Assembly: GCF_036321535.1 (NCBI RefSeq)
Contig: NC_087436.1
Span: forward strand, 93,186,001 to 93,250,000
Direction: 5' to 3'
Origin: Camelus dromedarius
Lineage: Eukaryota
Length of the DNA: 64,000 nucleotides
The position numbers and the translations under genes were made by a program. Numbering within the stretch: position 1 is the first letter of the stretch; each line of letters begins with the position of its first letter. Shown one piece after another: positions 50,281 through 63,351 of the stretch. The notes under the pieces were generated by a model, which was not told the DNA's origin, did no database searches, and saw nothing but the letters and a program-made list of their open reading frames with translations.

Positions 50281-51149
50281 TCTTCCCCCCAACCCCACCC
50301 TGCTCCAAGCAGGTTTTGACCTCCGCCCCGCCCACAGGTGGAAATCTGTGTCAACCATTGGCTCACTTCTCCTCCCAAGCATCCTGCCTGTGGCTAAAGT
50401 TAGGTTGGTAGTTGGGAGAGATGAAAGGACAGGAGCAAGGGAATGAAACAATGTTAGTCCTCTCATAGGGCAGACCCACATGGGCGTGGTCTCTAATGCT
50501 GGGGAGGAAGGAAGGGAGGGAGGAAACTAACAAAGCAAAGGTGGTGAGAAGTGTAAGGGCAACCTCAGCTGCATTACAACTGTGCCCACAGCCGCCTCTG
50601 GTCCTGCTTCTCCGCCAAAGTCTAGCTATCTTTGACTCTTGCTAAGGCTCCTGTGCCCCCATCTCACCATCCTGAGGATAATGGGGAAAAGCCAAGAACT
50701 GGAGAGGACCTCTGCTATCCTAGAAAGGGGAGGTCAGCTCCAAATGTGGCTAGTTAGTATTCTGAATCGATTTTCCTACTCATTCCACATGTTGTTATTA
50801 AACACCCCACCCCAGGTGCCAAGTTAAGCCCAGACCCTTGCAGGAGACTGGGTTCTACAGAGGGACTAACTCAGAGGTGGTATGGGTTACAGAAGACTTA
50901 TCCCCATAGTGCTGAACACTATAGTTCTAGGGGGAAATAGCTTCCAAGTTTTAAATGGGTGACTTGGAAAAGAACTTGAGGAACATAAAATGTACATAGT
51001 CAGGCTATAAATTAAGGATGGATATAGAAAGACAAGCATAGGAAGCATTTCTGTTTCTCCTTGGAAAGGATGACTTTTTTTCCCAAATATTCATATTTGG
51101 TGCACAGCAGAAAGTAATCAGAAGTCTCCACTGCCAACAGACGTAATTT

Positions 51150-51685
51150 CCTAAAAAGCAACCTAATCCCATTGCTCCTCTGTATAGACACCAGGCTAGC
51201 TGCCCACTGCTCGCTGGATGCTGCTTAAATTCCTTAACATGCTATTCCAGGTCTTGTGCAAATGGACCTGAAACCTACCTTTCATCTTCAGTCTGCCCCG
51301 TTTCATCCTCAGTTCTAGCTACAATTCCTTCCTTGCATCTGCAAAGCACCCTCATATTACTGAGCACTTCCATGTGCTTGGTGTTCCCTCTGTCTGACTT
51401 GCCTTTCCCACAGGCCTCACTAACTCCCCTGTGTGGCCTAGCAAACTCCTACTCATCCTTCAAAACCCAGCTTAACTGTTACTTCCTTTCTAAACCATTT
51501 CCTAAGAAGATACTGTATCTTCCACCTCTAGGTCCCAACACTCTCTGGCTGTTCATCTATTTATTATGCATCACTGAAACTGTCCAACCTCCCTACTAGG
51601 CAAAGGGTCAGTCTTCACTGTAACCCCAGCTCTACTATAAGGGCCAGTCATTGCTGGGGCTTCAATTTGTGTTTGCCAATAAAAT
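51150..51685 (+). mobile_element. L2 3' region
   Basis: ttaaattccttaacatgctattccaggtc...gcctttccc...ctcctactcatccttcaaaacccagcttaactgttacttcc...ttcaatttgtgtttgc. Confidence 0.8.
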
Positions 51686-52574
51686 TGATAATGAAATGAG
51701 TAACAACTGCAAAGATTGGGAAAGCCCAAAATGTCAGTTTTAAAGCTACAATGGACTTCGGGTCCAGTAACAATTTTGCAACCGTTGTTGTCAATTACAT
51801 CTGAACCATTTTCTCAGCACCAAGACTGACGCTGGGTTCAAGCAACCACAGCATACAAGGATCATCTGACAGGCGTCCAGTTCGCTGCCACCAGCTACTG
51901 CTATTTCATGAAGTTCCTGTTGGTCAGTGGGACGGACAGGGTGGGAATGAGTGGAGTCACCCTGCTCCTCTCCAAAGCACTGCTGGGAGCTGGCGGCCTC
52001 AGAGGAGGCAGTGAAGTCTCTGGTTCTTCCTCTTAGCGCTCCGCGGGACACACAAATGGGAAGGGGGCTGCCAGGGTCACCAAGGGCACTTCCGCTTGGG
52101 CAGCACACATCATTCTACTTTGCTGGGTGTGCAGCAGAAATACCAAACACAGTCTTATTCAGAGGAACAGAGAAAGTGTTCTTGAGGCCAGAAGCTGTGG
52201 CAGGAAGGAATCAGACTCCTTTTCATCTGTGCTAGCAAAGGAGCTTTGAGTGAAGAAAACTGTAGTATTTAAGTAATCAAGTCTTCTCATTTCCCCATTC
52301 TGTGGCTTTTCTTTGTCCAATGCTACAGTTTGTGATTTTACAGAAAGTGCCTTTGATTTTTAGTTTCAGTTTTGTAATTTTCTTTACATTCTTTTGGAAG
52401 TAGACAGAATATAAATACAACCAATCTACTGCACATCCTCTTCAATGAAGTCCTAAAACCCTGACAGCACGCTGCAATAAGACACTAGTACATCTAGAAA
52501 TGCACTAAAATGGTATCTGGGACGAGTCTTCTGGAGGGCATTTTAACCATCTCAAAGCAAAATTTTTTAATTCC

Positions 52575-52595
52575 ATTGTGTGTGTGTGTGTGTGT
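52575..52595. repeat. (TG)n microsatellite
   Basis: Seen directly. Confidence 0.85.
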
Positions 52596-52596
52596 A

Positions 52597-53757
52597 TTTT
52601 AATAGCTTGAGTTATAATTCACATACAGTTCACTCACTGAAAGTGGAGAATCTGATTTTTTTGGTACATTCACAAGAAGAAACCATGACTGCAAAATAAT
52701 TTTAGTTTTCCTTCCCCCAGAAGAAACCCCAAACCCATTAACTTTAACTCCTCATGCCACACACCCACAAGCCACAGCCCTGAATAACCACTAATCTACT
52801 TTCTGGCTCTACAGATTTGCCTGTTCTGGATATTTCATATAAATTGGATCATATAATATATGTTTTTTTTCTGACTGGTTTCTTTTACTTAGCATAGTGT
52901 TTTCATCTATGGTGTAGCATGCGTTGGTAGTTGATTTCTTTTTACAGCCAAGTAATACTGCATTCTATGAATATACCACATGGTATCTATCCATCAGTTG
53001 ATGGACTTTTAGGTTACTTCCAACACTGGGCTATTATAAATAATGGTGTAATGAGTATTTGTACACAAATTTTGGTTTGGACATATGTTTTCATGTCTCT
53101 TGGATATGTACCTAGAAGTATAATTGCAGGGTCATATGGTAACTTAATGTTTAACCTTTTCAGGAACTGCCAAATTGTTGATCACAGTAGCTGTACCATT
53201 TTACTTTCCACCAGCAGTGCATGGAGGTTCCAATTTCTCCACATCCGTGCTGAANNNNNNNNNNNNNNNNNNNNNNNNNNNNNNNNNNNNNNNNNNNNNN
53301 NNNNNNNNNNNNNNNNNNNNNNNNNNNNNNNNNNNNNNNNNNNNNNNNNNNNNNNNNNNNNNNNNNNNNNNNNNNNNNNNNNNNNTATCTTCTCTGGAAA
53401 AATATCTGTTCAGATATCTTTGCCCATTTTAATTGAGCTGCTTATGTTTTTATTATTGAGTTCTAAGAATTCTATATTACATACTCTAGATACAAGTCCC
53501 TTCTCAGATATATAATTTGCCAATATCATATTTTCTCTCATTCTGTGGGTTAGGAGATGGTATCACTTATTGGACAAAAGCTTTTAATTTTGAAGTAGCC
53601 CAATTTAGTTTTTCTTTTGTCGTTTACACTTTTGATATTATGTGCAAGAAACGATTACCTAATCCAGGTCACAAGGATTTAGTCCTGTGTTTTATCCTAA
53701 GACTTATTTTATAGTTTCAGCTCTTATTTTTAGATCTATGATCAATTTTGAGCTAAC
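52597..53757 (-). mobile_element. L1 3' end (L1MB7/8-like), spanning a gap
   Basis: ttgagttataattcacatac...aaccactaatctactttctg...gatttgcctgttctggatatttcatataaat...ggtcatatggtaacttaatgtttaacc...tgtaccattttactttccaccagcagtg. Confidence 0.92.
53255..53385. other. Assembly gap (N-run)
   Basis: 131 N inside the L1. Confidence 0.99.
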
Positions 53758-53759
53758 AT

Positions 53760-54520
53760 GGCTTTAGCACACATTTATTGATTAATTATAAACATGTTAG
53801 TAATTTTTAAAATGTTAATTTTAGAATAATCTTCCTTTTTCCCATTCTTCCAAAACTTACTGCATTCCAGCCATGTGCAAGCACCATTAGGCATGGAAAT
53901 ATGAGCAGGTCATTATGTCAAAGAATTGATAATCTAATAGAACGTTTAGAAATACAGCTCATGAGTAGTTCCTTATGTGAAACAAGTTACTTACTCTAGA
54001 CAAAGCCAAAACGCTTTTCAAACCAGAAACAAGAGAGAGAGCACTTGAAATCAGGGCTGTCATCTCCACTCCAAGATGTGTGGTTATCCTTGCCGTGGAC
54101 ACTAAGAAGAGGAAGGAAGCACTGAATTCGGGCTGCGGGCCGGCGGGATACCTCAGGGGATGAAAAGGTGCCCATTGTATGGGTTCAGGATTTAGAGGGG
54201 TGGACATGGACAGGGAAGTGAACACCCTACGTGGCTGGGATGAAACGCAGCAAAGGTATGGAGGTGGGGAAGCACAAACTGGATCATGGGAAGGATGGTA
54301 ATTCTCTGTGGCCAGTGCAAAGGGATGGTTCAGATAAGCCAAACGAAACACTGCCCACAGACAGTGAGGGACACCAGGTTCTAGGCAAAGGAGACTGAAT
54401 CATGTCCTGTCTTGCAGGAAGAGACATTGGGCATGATGAAGCTATGTTTGGGAATGTTAGCCTTGAGGCATAGTCTACGGTGGTGTAAGGAAAGGCAGAC
54501 ACTGGAGCTGATCCCTCAGC
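53760..54520 (-). mobile_element. L2 fragment
   Basis: Purine-rich antisense L2 text: ccatgtgcaagcaccattaggcatggaaatatgagc...ggcatgatgaagctatgtttgggaatgttagcc. Confidence 0.55.
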
Positions 54521-56479
54521 CATAAAGGCTTAACTTTCTATTGGTCTTTTCATTCACTCTTTCTTCTTCCCCTTAATAAAAAGAGGGAAGTAGATTTCTG
54601 CATAGTTCACTTTAGAAAGGAATCATTTAAAACTGGGTCCTTGGTGGGCTATTTAAGAAAAGGTCCTCTCCTGTGGGTAACCAAAGGAAACATTGAGAAT
54701 GGCATGCTTGAGGCCGGAATTTTGCACACTTCATTGTGGGAGGCCAGCCCACCCAGCCTGACAGCCCAGGAGAGACAATCAAAAAATGGATTATTAAGGA
54801 AATACAATTAGGGAGTTTCTAAATCCTCTCAAATGCAAGCAAAGCCTAATCCAGCATGCAACCCCACAGGCAGCCAACAGGAGAGGCCGGTTTCTCGTCT
54901 ACCGCACAAGCAGCCCGCACTTAAATTCCTTGTTATACATATATTTATAAGTCAATTAATCATGCCAATGAATCTGTAATAAATTTGTTCAGGAGGAAAG
55001 AGATTAAGCCTATGATTTACCTAAGTAGTAGTTTGATAGGCATTAAGGCACAGCTTGATAAGGTGAAGGAAATCACATTTTGAGGGAAGGGGTTTCTGAA
55101 TGATAATTGTGCTGAAATAAGTTTTGAACACATTTTTGGAAGCATGAAAACTAACTATAGTTGCCCTACTTGGTCTAAACTCCAGATGCACTGTTAAGTC
55201 CCCCTCCCACAGCCGACTCTTGTCTTTGATGCTAAAGCACAGTTTGAATGGGAACAGCTGAATCCCCCCACACACTATGCTGAAAGTCCCTCATTTAAAT
55301 AGGAACCAAGGGCTGTTTATTTGGTGAGGATTCAAAAAAAAGGCAACACTGGGAGTCCATTTTGCTCATCATGAATCCTGCAAATTCGCCTTCTGCGTCC
55401 TTCATCTGTTTTCATCTTTCCTAACAGAAGGCTGTCAGGGATACTCAGTTCTTGCCTAAGTCCCCACCTAAGCCAGGCCAATCTTCAAACAAAAAGCAGC
55501 TTTTCACTGGAGATCTTTACAAAAAAGAGTGAGTTGAAATGTCCTCATTTGAACTTAAAAGCTTAATGAGTCTTGGTGCCAAAGAGCTGGAGACAGGCCA
55601 AGTCAGTGAGGCCAATTGTGATTTGGCAGCAAGACAAGGGAGAACCCTACATAGAAGGCCTATCAAATCCTTACCAGCCCGCTAAGGCCCAAATCAGTAA
55701 GGGTAAAAACACCCAAGTTTGCTGAGATTTGAGTGAGCATCTGGGTTAGAGAAAGAGCTCCAGATGAAGAGTTTGAAGACAAACTGTGCTCTTGGGTCTC
55801 CATCATATCATCTGCAAAGGTGGATGGGAAGATCTGGTCCAGGTGGTTCACTCACTATAGTTACTGAAAGGATAAAATAAGGGAAGGGTTTGTGAATACT
55901 GAACAAAATAATGGTGATTAGAAGACACCAGTCTGGAATCACCAACCACTGGGGTGCCCGTGTATGCATGCATCCATCCATACATGCATACATCCAGTCA
56001 GCCGCAGACAGTGCAGGTTTCATTTTTTTGTTCCAGCACCTCAGCTGGTTAACACCCCCTTTCACTCTCAAAAGCATGTTGTTTGATATATGATCACTCC
56101 ACTAATAAGCCTTCGGGTCAAACCAATCTCATTTCCTTTTCAATAGTTGAGGAAAATACTGCATGTGCAGTTTATATTAGATAAGATCTGTAACAATAGC
56201 CTATTGAAATGATGCAAAACCATGAGCCAGAGCTAAGGCAATTAGGTGGGACCATGATCAGTTGACTGGCTGTTCCCAGAGACGGCCATCAACTGACAAA
56301 GGTCTCTGGTGCCTCCCTCTCCCGGCAAGGCAGGCCTTTTTGGAGGCCTTGCTCAAGCTGACCTCTGCTGGGGCCATGCAACACCTGTGACCTCCAGCAC
56401 CTTAAAAGCCTTCATAGTGCTCTTGGTTTCCATGGCACCATGCTCCCTGGGTCCCCTCTTGTCTCTCTGATGGCCTGTC

Positions 56480-57165
56480 TGTGAGCTTCTCTTTCTCTTG
56501 TCCCTGACCAGGGTGCAGACTTCCTCAACCTGGGACCTCGTTCTGCTCTTTCTTCATGTGATCTTTCCCTGAGAGAGACTGTCATACAACAGCTTAACCC
56601 TGATGTCCAACAATGGCTGGCAACTCCAATCTGAATGTGTTAAATCCATCATCTCACCCCTAAGTTCTGCCCTTGTCCCCCACAGCCTGTAGGACACCTG
56701 CCTGGGTGGCCAGTCTGTACTCTAAACTCAATGATTCAAACTGAAGTCATGACCTCTCCCACCAAACACAGGACCCCTTTCAGCTCACGCCAAGGGCCCA
56801 CCCTGCTTGTCATTAACAACTGAAACACTGAAGTAATTTTTTTAGTCTTTCATTTATCTATACTCTATACCTTCCCAAGTCCTGTTGGTATCTTTTAAAT
56901 TCTTTCTTTCAGCTAGAATGTGTTTTCTCCTTACTTCTATCTCTCTTCCCTCTTTTCCCTCTTTCCTGCCTAATTTTTGCTCTTCATTCAGGTCTCCACC
57001 TAAATGTCACTTCCTCAAGGGAACCTGAGGTTCATATCCCACATGGGGGCAGGACTTAGACTCCGGATCTGATCCGGGTGCCCCGTTACACGATTTTATG
57101 GTGTAGTTTAATAGTCTTCACAGTAACTTGCCACCACTGTAAGCAGGTTCTTAACAAGTTTAGTT
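56480..57165 (+). mobile_element. L2 fragment(s)
   Basis: tctaaactcaatgattcaaactgaagtc...caggtctccacctaaatgtcacttcctcaagggaacc...gcaggttcttaacaagtttagttggatgaa. Confidence 0.7.
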
Positions 57166-57214
57166 GGATGAAGAAAGAGAAGGCCTCCCCTGTCCTGCCC
57201 CTGTACCAAGCAGG

Positions 57215-57610
57215 TCTCCTGTACGTATGCCAAACACAGTGTCCTCATTCTTGTCCCCAAACCTTTCCTCTGCTCTTGTCCCTGATAGGACATCCATCTC
57301 TTTCCCTCAGCCTATTCTCATCTGAAGTCAAAATCACTTGGTGTAACATTTCTCCAATAACTGTCTCCCAAACTATAGCAATCTCTCCTTGTTTAACTTC
57401 TTATTCAATCTTGGGGATTAAATCTTGGTCACTGTGCATTTACTCATACACTGGTTTACACTGTAACAACTGCTTTGTGTGTGTGTTCAAGCCCCAAGCA
57501 CATTATGAAACTCTTGAGGATTAGGAATCAAGCCTTACATTCCCTTTTTACACCCCTGGGTGCCTGGTCTGGGGCTGGGCAGAACACAGTCAGTATTCAG
57601 CAGGTCCTCC
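57215..57610 (+). mobile_element. L2 3' region
   Basis: ctattctcatctgaagtcaaaatcacttgg...tgaaactcttgaggattagga...cagtattcagcagg. Confidence 0.6.
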
Positions 57611-58065
57611 ACCGGACAAAACGTCTCCATGGAAAGCTACACCCATCAACTCCCAACATGTCCTGGAAGATGAGGACACATCCAGGGCACGCCACATCTC
57701 ATGCTGAAATCAGGACAAGAATCCAAGACAAACCCTCCTTCTCAGAATAAGCAGCTCATTCATCAGCGATGACATAAACAAATGTTTGCCAACAGATTTC
57801 TTATCTTGAGAAAATTATTTCAGCAACATAAGAACTAAGACAAAAATCCACTAAGACATTCTTTATTGGTCACTTATTTGCAGACCAACATACTCGGACT
57901 TTGCATTCCATCAAAATGTGTCTGCAGAACAAAACCCAGAAGTTAACCTCTACGACACCTAAGAAGACAGAGCCATAGTGGAGAATCTTACATGTCAAGA
58001 AAGCAGATACTTCCATCCTTTGAACTCCCAGTCTTCAGAGATGGGGCCACTCTTTATGTAAAATT

Positions 58066-58088
58066 GTGTATGTGTGTGTGTGTGTGTT
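58066..58088. repeat. (TG)n microsatellite
   Basis: Seen directly. Confidence 0.85.
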
Positions 58089-58879
58089 TGAAGGAGAGGG
58101 GAGTGAAGAGGAGAAGAGGAAAGGGGGGAGAGACAGAGGCTAATAGTGATGCTGACAGCAAAGACTGGGAGAAAGTCAAGGTCACTGTGATTAGATCGCT
58201 TAGGTAGAACTCTTACCACTGGTCTCAATTTATCCAATGGCTGTTCGTCACAGATGTATTATGTGCCAGAACAGGGTCCAGTGGGGAAATCCAAAGATAA
58301 GTAAAAGAGTTCTTTAGGAAGCTTTCAATCTGGTACAGGAAGCAGACGTGGGACAAAGAGGCAGAGCCCTGTGACAAGCACTAGCGTGGAGGTGGTCCAG
58401 GTACTTAGGAACCAGAGAGGAACCCACTAACTCTGCCTGGAGGGTTCTGGAACAGCTTCGCAGAGAAAGAAACCACAACAGACTGGACGGAGCAGGAGGA
58501 AATGACATCACCAAAGAGGTCAAGGCCACTGTTTTCAAAACAATTGCTCTAGGCCTCAAGCTCTGCCAGCCAGAGTTCATTATTCACAGATGATCAAGTT
58601 TGTAAGGGACCCAAACGTTCTTGCCCAGTTTTTGATCACAGGCGAGGCAAGAGAGGCTAGAAAGTAAACCCCCGATTGGTTCATGCTGTGGCTTGTTGGC
58701 AGCCCCAGTGAGAGAGCTGACGGGTGCACAGTGACACAGAGTTGCATTGACTATGTCATATTTATAATTGACTTTGGGCCTATTTCCAACAATAATAATG
58801 AAAACAGTGAGTGCTCCAGAGTGCCAACCAAGCACCAGCCACACATTTTCTTACTGAAATCTCTCAGTAAGTACCTCAT

Positions 58880-59110
58880 AGGTAGTAATTTCCCCATTTC
58901 AGAGACGACATGAGAAAAGCTAACATTTAAGTGCCTCCTATATTCCAAGCACTAAAGAGTTTTATACACATTAATAATTCCTTTACTCCTCTGAACCAGT
59001 AAATTGGGTACAATTATACCTGCTTTTAGAGATGAGGAAATGGGCTCAGGGAGGTGAAGCAACTTGCCTAAGGACACACAGGAGGTGAATCTAGGATCTG
59101 GACCGTCCAC
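58880..59110 (-). mobile_element. MIR SINE
   Basis: attatacctgcttttagagatgaggaaatgggctcagggaggtgaagcaacttgcctaaggacacacag...tctaggatctgga. Confidence 0.85.
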
Positions 59111-59460
59111 TAGGCTGAGCATAGGAAGTCCCATTATCTGTTTTTGGTCTACTAATGCAACAGTGTCATGGGGTTCAACCTGGGAGTTCACAGATCCTTT
59201 CACTTTCTGCTGTGTTCTCCATAAAAGGATTTGAACTGGCTTTTGTTAAATACATATATCCTTGGACAGTAACCAAAAAGAAAGAAAAGGGTGGGGCAAG
59301 GATGTGAAACCAAGCCACAGAGAAGAAAGCCGAGCACACACCTCACAACTAGATGCAGTTGTTACTATTATCACTTCCTCTCACTAGCTCGCTCTCTTTC
59401 TTTTTATGCCTCTTTTTTCCTGAACAATTTGCATATGGCTGCAGGGTATATGGATAATCA

Positions 59461-59516
59461 TTAGATTATTCTTGTAGCTTTCCTGTAAGTTTAAAATGTT
59501 TCAAAATAAAAAGTTA
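59461..59516 (+). mobile_element. L1M (MC/ME) extreme 3' end fragment
   Basis: attattcttgtagctttcctgtaagtttaaaatgtttcaaaataaaaagtt. Confidence 0.6.
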
Positions 59517-59660
59517 GGGGGGTGGGTAGTGGGACTTGTAAAGAAACTCCTGAGGAAATCTTTTTTGATTTACCCAAATAGCACTGTGCATGGCCCCAAT
59601 TCAAACCACTTAACTTTATGAGGGTGAACAATTTACATCCAAAATTGATTCCATAGTCCT

Positions 59661-59854
59661 CATGGGCTGGCAAATTTTCTCCATAAAGGACCAGGTAGCA
59701 AACATTTTAGGCTCTGTGAGCCCCATATAAACTCTTTTTTGTTGTTGTTGTTGTTTTGTTTTGTTTACAACTCTTTTAAAATGTAAAAACAAGTCTTAGC
59801 AAGCAGGAAGGCCTGCACAAAAACAGGCCTAAGGCTAGAATTTGCCAACTTCTG
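59661..59854 (+). mobile_element. MER58-family hAT MITE (MER58C/D-like)
   Basis: gggctggcaaattttctccataaaggaccaggtagcaaacattttaggctctgtg...ttttaaaatgtaaaaac...tttgccaacttctg. Confidence 0.8.
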
Positions 59855-60864
59855 ATACAGATGGAGTTCCATAGAGTGCTACTCATATGATAAAATCACA
59901 GTCAGGAAAACAAGTCAGAAACGTTCCTTTCTGGGATTGTCTCACAACAGACTGCCTGACCTGGGTGCAGGGAAGCAGACGGCAGTCACCAGCGACTCCG
60001 TCCTGGGAGCGACTGCCTTAGGGAACGGAAGACTCTGCAGCCCTTCTTTTAAACTCTGAAGTCCCCAAGGACGTGATGCAGCAGTCATTTACCATTTCTA
60101 ACAGCATGACACCTGTCACCTGTTTGCAGCTCTGTCACACTTCGACCCTAGACTTTTCATTTAATGCTCAGCAGAGTGCTCCCATCATTTGAGCATTTAA
60201 CCTCCAAAACATCAACTGCACACACGGCAAAAACAACAGAGGAAGAGGGAGACGCTTAAAGCAAAAACACATCTACTATCTGACACATGCACTCAATTTT
60301 ATTCTTGCCATTACTGTAAGTTATCCATTTATGCATTAGTATTACTGTATATGGGGGTGCGTTCGCCAAGGCACGTGTACGGCATTTCGCCGGCGAAGTG
60401 AAAGAGTTCCCAGGGTGATTCTGAGGCCATTCAATTCCCATCTTACATGCTACCTGTGGGTGCCAGTCTTCTCTCTCTCTCATCTCTGTAGTCTGTAGTA
60501 GAGGTCCACCAATCTCATTTGTCTCCATCAAGTTTTGACGGCTCTTACCTAAGAAAATTAAAACCCCTACATCCTCCACTGACCACAGCCTCCTGTCCCC
60601 TCAGCTCTCTCATGTCCTCACTCCCACTGGACTTGCCTTCTTGTCTTAAGAGGGACCACCAGGCCCCCGATGTTTACATTTTTCAAAGACCACCAACCCC
60701 ACGCAGTCTTCCTCTGTCCCGCTGAGACCCCGTGGTTACCCTCTGTACTGCCATTCTCCCCACACTCCAGGTTTTTTAGCACCAATTCCATCCCACCCCC
60801 ACCTCCCAACCTCTTGCTTTCCTCTCCCATTAAAATTCCAGCTCTAAACACAGGGCAGTGATGA

Positions 60865-60990
60865 AGAGCAAAAGCAAAGGAATCAGGCTGCTGAATTTAA
60901 ATCTTTCTTATCTGGTATAACCGTAGCCTAGTTATTTCATCCTCTGTGCCTCAGTTGCTTCCTCAGTAAAATGGGTATCATAGGAGACCT
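60865..60990 (+). mobile_element. MIR fragment
   Basis: ttatttcatcctctgtgcctcagttgcttcctcagtaaaatgggtatcata. Confidence 0.7.
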
Positions 60991-62889
60991 TACAAGCCAC
61001 AGGTAAGTTCAGAACCAGGCTGGTAAGAGGAAAGCCAGACCCTGGGCCCAGAAGATGCCCATCTGTTTGAGAAGAGCTATGAGGGCTTTTTATTCAGACT
61101 CATAAAGAACTTGGGAAATTTTTAGCGAACATAACAAAGAGCATGGTGTCTCTCCACAGCTGCAACCAACACTTAGACCCAATCCAACTCAGAAGAGCTG
61201 AACTGCCAGTTTTCACAATTTGAAATTACAGAGAGTTCTTTTATTTTTAAATGTTGCTACATGGGTGGTGGTTGCGAGTTAGAACTTCTTAATCCCCAGC
61301 ATCCACAAAACTCTGGTTCTACAGGCTGGCACAACCTTAGGCATTCTTAGCTATTCTCCAAAGATAGGTGTTTGAAACCCGTATGGATATATCATCTGAG
61401 AACCCTCACTTTCCTGAGACTTTCCAAATGGAGTTTCTGGCCTTTTGGGCCCTGCCATCAACCAACCCCATGCCTGGAACAGTGCAAGTTCCCTCCTCAC
61501 CAGTCTGCTTTCCGGATACCAGGACACTTGGTAACTCCAGTCCGCAGCAGCCCCACACGCTGTAGTTCAGGTCAGACCTAGCCGTGCCCCTGCCCCCGAC
61601 CAGTAAGAAGAGGGAGGTCTTCTGCCTCTGTTGCTCCCGAGGTCAGTGCAGTCAGCTGCTGGGCCATGTTTTGTCCATCGTTGCTCTGCGGGCCCTCCCT
61701 GCACTTATAACTTGGTTTGCATCTTGCTTCTCTGGCTGCTGACCCAGTTTTCTCTCCAAGGCTGTGGCTGGGGTGCGCACCTCTGGCTTTCCTCGCCCAG
61801 GCCACGGACACAGTTCATTCCACCTTTGCAGACTCTGTGCCAGGGCTGCCAGATGGAGTCCCGTGGGGAAGCCAGGACTTGACCCTGGTCCTCAGACTCC
61901 TTCAAATACACCAGTGGGTCTCATCCTCCGTGGTGAGAGGAGTTACACAGTAACTCACTTGTCCTGGGTTTTGTCCTCCTACCCAGACAGTAACATTTGT
62001 CCACATCTTCTGTTTTTGGCCATTTCCCTCAGCTTCACCCTCAGGCTGTCAGCAGTTCAAACCCTTTATTTATCTAAAGAGGCTCCTGGCTGTAATCTGT
62101 GTCTCCACATTGTCTAACCATACTATTTCCTAACCATGGCCTGGACCTCAACCTCACCATCTCCACCTCTAAACAACCCTAACATTCATTAATGTGTTTG
62201 CAAAAGGTCAATGGGTAATGCCACTCCACACATGAGAGGCTCCATCCGCCAACTCAACATCATCTAGGTAAGAAACAAGGTCTATGTGTGCAGATGTCTC
62301 TGGACCCAGATCCTTGCCTTCAGACAAGCTCACTCAATCCAAAGTCTATTACTCCATGACAGGTTTTTCACGTGGTGGAGAGGTGGACGCCTACAATAAT
62401 CTTTGTAGCAAATGTTAGGTAAACAAAAGTTGGTACCAAAGACTCTCTTCGACAGATTTAAGACAGCATGATGCACATAAATTAGATCAGATTCTGGCTG
62501 GTCTGTTAATATCGGGAGAGGGCTAAGCCCAGAATCACTGGAGAAGCAGGTGCTCGAGTACCTGGGAAGTGTTTGGAGCCTGTCCAAGCTTGTCTCTGTG
62601 AGATGCTAAACTAATTATGCGTTCCCTAAGAGATGAGCTCTGATTTAGATTTAATAGAGGGAAAGGAGGTGGTGAGGGAAGTAAAGTATGAGAAGAAGGC
62701 AGAGACTCCATAGGAAGGAAGGGATGGTAACAGCAGTCCGGGATGTAAATTTCTCTTTGAAGAGAGAAGGGCAGCGGAGAGCAGGGAAAACAAATGCTAA
62801 CATGAACTGTGCTGAAAGCTGCTGCTTAATAATCAACATTTGTTTAGCAAATGCTGCAATTTTTAAAAGCACCTGATCAACATCATCCT

Positions 62890-63035
62890 GTTGAAATTCA
62901 CAAAAACCTTATGAAATAGGCAAGAGTTATACATTTTTAATCATCATTTTAAAGAGAAACAAATGAGAATCGAGGAGGTTACATGATTTAAGGGGTGAAG
63001 AAAAGACTGAGTCTAATTCTCAGGCTCCGAAACCC
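62890..63035 (-). mobile_element. MIR fragment
   Basis: aaccttatgaaataggc...catcattttaaagagaaacaaatgagaatcgaggaggttacatgatt...caggctcc. Confidence 0.6.
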
Positions 63036-63091
63036 CTGTTCCTTCAGCTTCATGGGTGGGTCTCAAATAGTACTCTGCAAGTTGCCAAAAT

Positions 63092-63351
63092 AAGACTGCA
63101 TTCTATGTGATTCCATTTACATAAAATTCAAGAAAAGGCAAAACAGAGTCTATGGTGACAGAAATCAGAACAGTGCTTTTCCACAGGGGGTTCGTTGAGA
63201 CTGACTGGGAAAGGACACGAGGGAAATTTCTGTTCTCTGTCTTGATCAACGGGTAGGTTACACGCATGTACACAGTTTCTAAAACCCATCGGATTGTATA
63301 TTTAGGGGATGTGCATTTCATGAATGTATATTTCAACTCAATAAAAAAAAA
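63092..63351 (+). mobile_element. L1M (MB8/MC/ME-like) 3' UTR with A tail
   Basis: ctgcattctatgtgattccatttacataaaattcaagaaaaggcaaaac...ggtgacagaaatcagaacagtg...gatgtgcatttcatgaatgtatatttcaactcaataaaaaaaa. Confidence 0.85.

Noticed and set aside
57036-57052. CTCF-like motif ccacatgggggcag
   Set aside because: Two mismatches in the core and it lies in L2-derived sequence.
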